From the NCBI GenBank assembly GCA_016183765.1, contig JACPEA010000007.1, positions 152,076 to 216,075 of the forward strand: a DNA stretch of 64,000 nucleotides. The letters are read 5' to 3'. How positions within the stretch are numbered: the first letter of the stretch is position 1; every line of letters begins with the position of its first letter. This document shows positions 59,944-64,000 of this stretch, in pieces. The DNA is from Bacteroidota bacterium (GTDB lineage Bacteria > Bacteroidota > Bacteroidia > Chitinophagales > Chitinophagaceae). A program made the position numbers and the translations under genes. A model generated the notes under the pieces. That model was not told where the DNA came from. It was given only the letters and a program-made list of their open reading frames with translations, and did no database searches.

Positions 59944-61437
59944 ATGAGTTATAACTATCTTCCGCTTGACCGGAAATGGCTGCATTTTTCGCAGGTCAAA
60001 CACCTGCTGGATTTTGACCAGCAGGTCTCCATCACTTTCGATGCCCACGAACGCATACTGGCCTGCCGCAACTACCTGGATGCCAAAATGGAAGACAAGG
60101 ACCGCCTTTATTATGGTATCAATACCGGCTTTGGTTTTTTACAGAATGTGAAGATAGACGGCAGCCAGATCGAACAGCTGCAATACAACCTGGTGGTCTC
60201 GCATGCCTGCGGACTGGGAGAGGAGGTTCCCCGCGATATCGTGAAACTGATGCTGATGCTCAAGATCAAATCGCTCAGTTATGGTAACAGTGGTGTGCAG
60301 ATCGATACGGTGATCAGGCTGATGGACATGTACAACAACGATGTACTGCCCGTGATCTATACCCAGGGTTCTTTGGGCGCTTCTGGCGACCTGGCGCCGC
60401 TCAGTCACCTGAGCCTGCCCTTGCTGGGCCTGGGCGAAGTGTACCACCAGGGCCGTAAAATGTCTGCCGCAGAAGCCATGCAATTATTCGGCTGGCAGCC
60501 CATTCAACTGCAGAGCAAAGAGGGGCTGGCCCTGATCAACGGAACCCAGTTCATGAGCGCCTACGGCATGTACTGCCTGAAACAGGCCGAACACCTGCTG
60601 CAGATGGCCGATCTGATCAGTGCCCTGTCGTTCGATGCGTTTGACTGCATCACAGAGCCCCTGAACCCCCATATCCATGCGCTGCGGGCTCATAAAGGAC
60701 AGGTGACCACGGCCAGGGTGTTACTGGAGCATCTGCAGGGCAGTGCCATAACCAGCCAGGCAAAGACCCAGGTACAGGACCCTTATTCTTTCCGATGCAT
60801 ACCCCAGGTGCATGGCGCCAGCAAGGATGCATTCGACCATATCCTCGATGTTTTTGTGCGCGAGATCAATTCGGTGACCGATAACCCCAATGTATTCCCC
60901 GAGGAAGACCTGATCGTAAGCGGCGGTAATTTTCATGGACAGCCCCTGGCATTATCGCTGGATTACTTGGCCATAGCCATGAGCGAGATCGCCAATATCT
61001 CCGAAAGAAGGACCTACCAGCTCATCAGCGGCCAGCGCGGCCTGCCCCTGTTCCTGGTGAAAGATGCGGGACTGAACTCAGGATTCATGATCCCCCAATA
61101 CACGGCGGCGGGTATCGTGAGCGAGAACAAACAACTCTGCACGCCAGCTTCCGTAGACAGTATATCTTCTTCCAATAACCAGGAAGATCATGTAAGCATG
61201 GGCGCCAATGCCGCCACCAAATGTTTCCGGGTAATCCAGAACGTAGAAAAAGTACTGGCCATCGAACTGCTCAGCGCTGCGCAGGCACTCGAATTCAGGC
61301 GCCCCCAGCACTCATCCCCCAAACTGGAACAGCTCATGGCATCCTTCCGCCAGATCGTCCCCTTCAACGAAGCCGACCGTCTCCTCCATGACGACATGGT
61401 TGCCGCGATCGGGTTTGTGAGAAAATTTGTGCAGTAG
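59944..61437 (+). CDS. hutH: Histidine ammonia-lyase
   Basis: YGINTGFG, GSLGASGDLAPL (ASG MIO tripeptide), KEGLALING, QDPYSFRCIPQVHG, SGGNFHG, QEDHVSMG. Confidence 0.96.
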   Translation: MSYNYLPLDRKWLHFSQVKHLLDFDQQVSITFDAHERILACRNYLDAKMEDKDRLYYGINTGFGFLQNVKIDGSQIEQLQYNLVVSHACGLGEEVPRDIVKLMLMLKIKSLSYGNSGVQIDTVIRLMDMYNNDVLPVIYTQGSLGASGDLAPLSHLSLPLLGLGEVYHQGRKMSAAEAMQLFGWQPIQLQSKEGLALINGTQFMSAYGMYCLKQAEHLLQMADLISALSFDAFDCITEPLNPHIHALRAHKGQVTTARVLLEHLQGSAITSQAKTQVQDPYSFRCIPQVHGASKDAFDHILDVFVREINSVTDNPNVFPEEDLIVSGGNFHGQPLALSLDYLAIAMSEIANISERRTYQLISGQRGLPLFLVKDAGLNSGFMIPQYTAAGIVSENKQLCTPASVDSISSSNNQEDHVSMGANAATKCFRVIQNVEKVLAIELLSAAQALEFRRPQHSSPKLEQLMASFRQIVPFNEADRLLHDDMVAAIGFVRKFVQ

Positions 61438-61499
61438 GGGCTTTGTTTCGATTTGTTTGATCAGGAGTAGTTGGGGAAGCAGTTCCTTGATTAGAGGGT

Positions 61500-61875
61500 G
61501 TGTTTGGCTATGAGCTTCGAGCTTTGAGCTGCGAGCATCCAGTATCCAGCATCCAGTATCCAGCAACTCAATTCCCCCATTCCTTCCTCTGAATATGCAG
61601 TCAGCAGCAATCAAAGCATTCACTCATTCTATCATCCACTCATTCGCTCATTGATTTTCTGCATCCAGCCCCCAGCAACTCCCATTCACTCATTGATATC
61701 CTTCATCTGTTCCTTGTCTCATCTGTTCCTATTTTCCTTTTACTCAATTCATACTTTCTTCGCCTCCGCTTCGCCTTTTCTTCGCTCTGCGGCCAGTAAA
61801 TCAGCGTAAAAAGCGAAGAAAGGGCGAAGGAATAGTGAATCAATAATGAATCAATAATGAATCAATAATGAAGCA
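61500..61875. repeat. Cluster of short tandem repeats (GAGCTTC, ATCCAGT/C, CATTCACT, AATCAATAATG)
   Basis: Several 7-11 nt units in tandem; aatcaataatg occurs three times at about 61839-61871. Confidence 0.8.
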
Positions 61876-62179
61876 ATCTATTAGATATATTGATTTATAT
61901 CTATTTATAAATATCATTTATTCGTTTTATATAATTGTGTCCAGCGTATAGTCCTAAGTCATTATGATAGAATTATTTATGTGGTCTGGAGAAAATTTTC
62001 TGCTTCACCACAAACGATTGCAACCAGGATGATCCGGTATTCCAACACCTGTTCCGTATCCGGTAGATCCGCAGCAACGTGGTCCTTTCAGTCACCCTCC
62101 GCGTACCCTCCCCGTCCTCCGCGGCTCCTGCGGTGAACAGCAGTTGTATGCCAACCTGCAACCTGCCGACAGGCAGATG

Positions 62180-62220
62180 CGCCACCCCCAATCCCTCAAT
62201 CCCCCAATCCCCCAATCCCT
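62180..62220. repeat. CCCCAATC 8-mer tandem repeat
   Basis: ccccaatccctcaatcccccaatcccccaatccc directly upstream of the glnS promoter. Confidence 0.8.
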
Positions 62221-62228
62221 TACCTTTG
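62221..62228 (+). promoter_or_regulatory. glnS promoter -7 element
   Basis: TACCTTTG about 22 nt before the ATG at 62250. Confidence 0.65.
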
Positions 62229-62249
62229 CAGACCTAAGAAAGCAAAGCA

Positions 62250-63911
62250 ATGAGCGAAGAAAAGAGCCTGAATTTTATCGAAGAGATCGTAGAAGAGGAT
62301 CTGAAGACCGGAAAATACAAATCCATCGTTACCCGATTCCCGCCGGAACCGAATGGTTACCTGCATATCGGGCATGCCAAGAGTATCTGTCTCAATTTTG
62401 GACTGGCCAAAAAATACGGTGGCAAGACCAACCTGCGTTTTGACGATACCAACCCCACCACTGAAGAGACCGAATATGTGGAAAGCATCAAAGACGATGT
62501 TCGCTGGCTGGGTTTTGAATGGGCCAACGAGTTCTATGCTTCTGATTATTTTGAACAGTTATATGTTTTTGCGGTAACCCTGATCAAAAAAGGGCTGGCT
62601 TATGTGGATGACAGCACCAGTGAAGAGATCGCCGAACAGAAAGGTACCCCCACTGTACCGGGAACAAGAAACCGCTATGCCGAAAGAAGTATTGAGGAGA
62701 ACCTGCAGCTGTTCGCAGATATGCGTGCCGGAAAATATGCAGATGGTTCCAAAGTATTGCGTGCCCGCATCGATATGGCTTCGCATAATATGCTGCTGCG
62801 CGATCCGATCCTGTACCGCATCAAACATGCACATCACCACCGCACCGGCGATAACTGGTGCATTTACCCGATGTATGATTTTGCGCACGGACAAAGTGAT
62901 GCGATCGAGAACATCACCCACTCGATCTGTACGCTGGAATTCATCCCGCACCGCGACCTGTACAACTGGTGTATTGAGAAACTGGAGATCTTCCCTTCAC
63001 ACCAATATGAGTTTGCACGTTTGAACATGACCTATACCATCATGAGCAAACGCAAACTGCTGCAACTGGTGAACGAGGGACATGTGACGGGTTGGGACGA
63101 TCCCCGTATGTCCACTATCAGTGGTATGCGCAGGAGAGGTTATCCCGCTGAAGCGATCCGCGAATTCTGCGACCGTATCGGCGTGGCCAAACGTGAGAAC
63201 CTGATCGATATAGGTCTGCTCGAATTCTGTGTGCGTGAACAGCTGAACAGGATCGCCCTGCGCAGGATGGTGGTGTTCGATCCGCTGAAACTGGTGATCA
63301 CCAATTATCCCGAAGGAGAAGAACACCTGCAGAGCGAGAACAATCCCGAAGATCCCAATGCCGGACACCGTGATATCCCTTTCAGCAGGGAACTCTACAT
63401 TGAGCGGGAAGATTTTATGGAGAACCCGCCCAAAAAATATTTCAGGCTGGCTCCCGGACAGATGGTGCGCCTGAAAAGCGCCTATATCATCCGCTGCGAG
63501 GAACTGGTGAAAGATGCGGCCGGAAACATTACTGAAGTGAGATGTACCTATATCCCCGAGAGCAAAAGTGGTTCCGATACTTCGGGTATCAACGTGAAAG
63601 GCACATTGCACTGGGTAAGCGTGAAACACGCTGTTACTGCAGAAGTGCGTCTGTACGACCGTCTCTTCAAAGTTGAGGACGTGGCCAATGCTGAAGGCGA
63701 TTTCAAAGACCATATCAACGAAGATTCCCTCACCGTACTCGCGAATGCCTATGCTGAACCTGCTTTGCTCAACGATACACCGGATGACCGCTACCAGTTC
63801 ATCCGCAAAGGATATTTCTGTCTCGACAAGGACAGCAGCGCGGACAAACTGGTCTTCAACAGAACGGTTACATTGAAAGACGCATGGGCGAAGGAAGCGA
63901 AGAAAAGCTAG
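62250..63911 (+). CDS. glnS: Glutamine--tRNA ligase
   Basis: [17 protein letters not shown] (HIGH motif), [20 protein letters not shown]. Confidence 0.96.
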   Translation: MSEEKSLNFIEEIVEEDLKTGKYKSIVTRFPPEPNGYLHIGHAKSICLNFGLAKKYGGKTNLRFDDTNPTTEETEYVESIKDDVRWLGFEWANEFYASDYFEQLYVFAVTLIKKGLAYVDDSTSEEIAEQKGTPTVPGTRNRYAERSIEENLQLFADMRAGKYADGSKVLRARIDMASHNMLLRDPILYRIKHAHHHRTGDNWCIYPMYDFAHGQSDAIENITHSICTLEFIPHRDLYNWCIEKLEIFPSHQYEFARLNMTYTIMSKRKLLQLVNEGHVTGWDDPRMSTISGMRRRGYPAEAIREFCDRIGVAKRENLIDIGLLEFCVREQLNRIALRRMVVFDPLKLVITNYPEGEEHLQSENNPEDPNAGHRDIPFSRELYIEREDFMENPPKKYFRLAPGQMVRLKSAYIIRCEELVKDAAGNITEVRCTYIPESKSGSDTSGINVKGTLHWVSVKHAVTAEVRLYDRLFKVEDVANAEGDFKDHINEDSLTVLANAYAEPALLNDTPDDRYQFIRKGYFCLDKDSSADKLVFNRTVTLKDAWAKEAKKS

Positions 63912-63985
63912 GAATATTGAATATTGAACAAGGAATGATGAATGTTGAATGGAACAGATGAACAGATGAGCAAGGAACAGACGAA
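63912..63985. repeat. GAATATT / GAATGTT and GAACAGATG repeats
   Basis: Same units as at 9003-9068 and 5385-5503. Confidence 0.8.
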
Positions 63986-64000
63986 GGAGGGGCGGGAATT

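Overview
Bacteroidota chromosome segment, probably Chitinophagaceae, judged from gene content and TAnnTTTG promoters. It has three parts. (1) Host housekeeping genes at 1-11821 and 59641-64000: tsaD, an ABC-F ATPase, rpmB, rpmG, ftsY, a polyprenyl synthetase, an amino-acid permease, an Smr protein, rnpB, frameshifted prfB, tRNA-Arg(UCU), hutH and glnS. Short tandem repeats fill many of the intergenic gaps. (2) An AT-rich island at about 12.8-20.3 kb. All its genes lie on the minus strand and are separated by 144-175 bp attC-like imperfect palindromes. For two cassettes the terminal boxes are reciprocally complementary, which is the signature of integron gene cassettes. The cargo is a three-gene Lamassu system, a Lit/U49-like metallopeptidase, an FtsK-gamma-HNH fusion and one unknown gene. 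(3) A 39.3 kb prophage remnant (20337-59656) bounded by a 17 bp direct repeat of the tRNA-Arg 3' end. It carries a crAss-like (Crassvirales-type) tail, cargo, virion RNA polymerase, fibre and lysis module. An in-frame fusion of the integrase N-terminus to an unrelated C-terminus marks a large deletion. No integrase catalytic domain, replication genes, terminase, portal or major capsid gene is recognisable in the element. All family calls come from motif recognition by eye; no database search was run.
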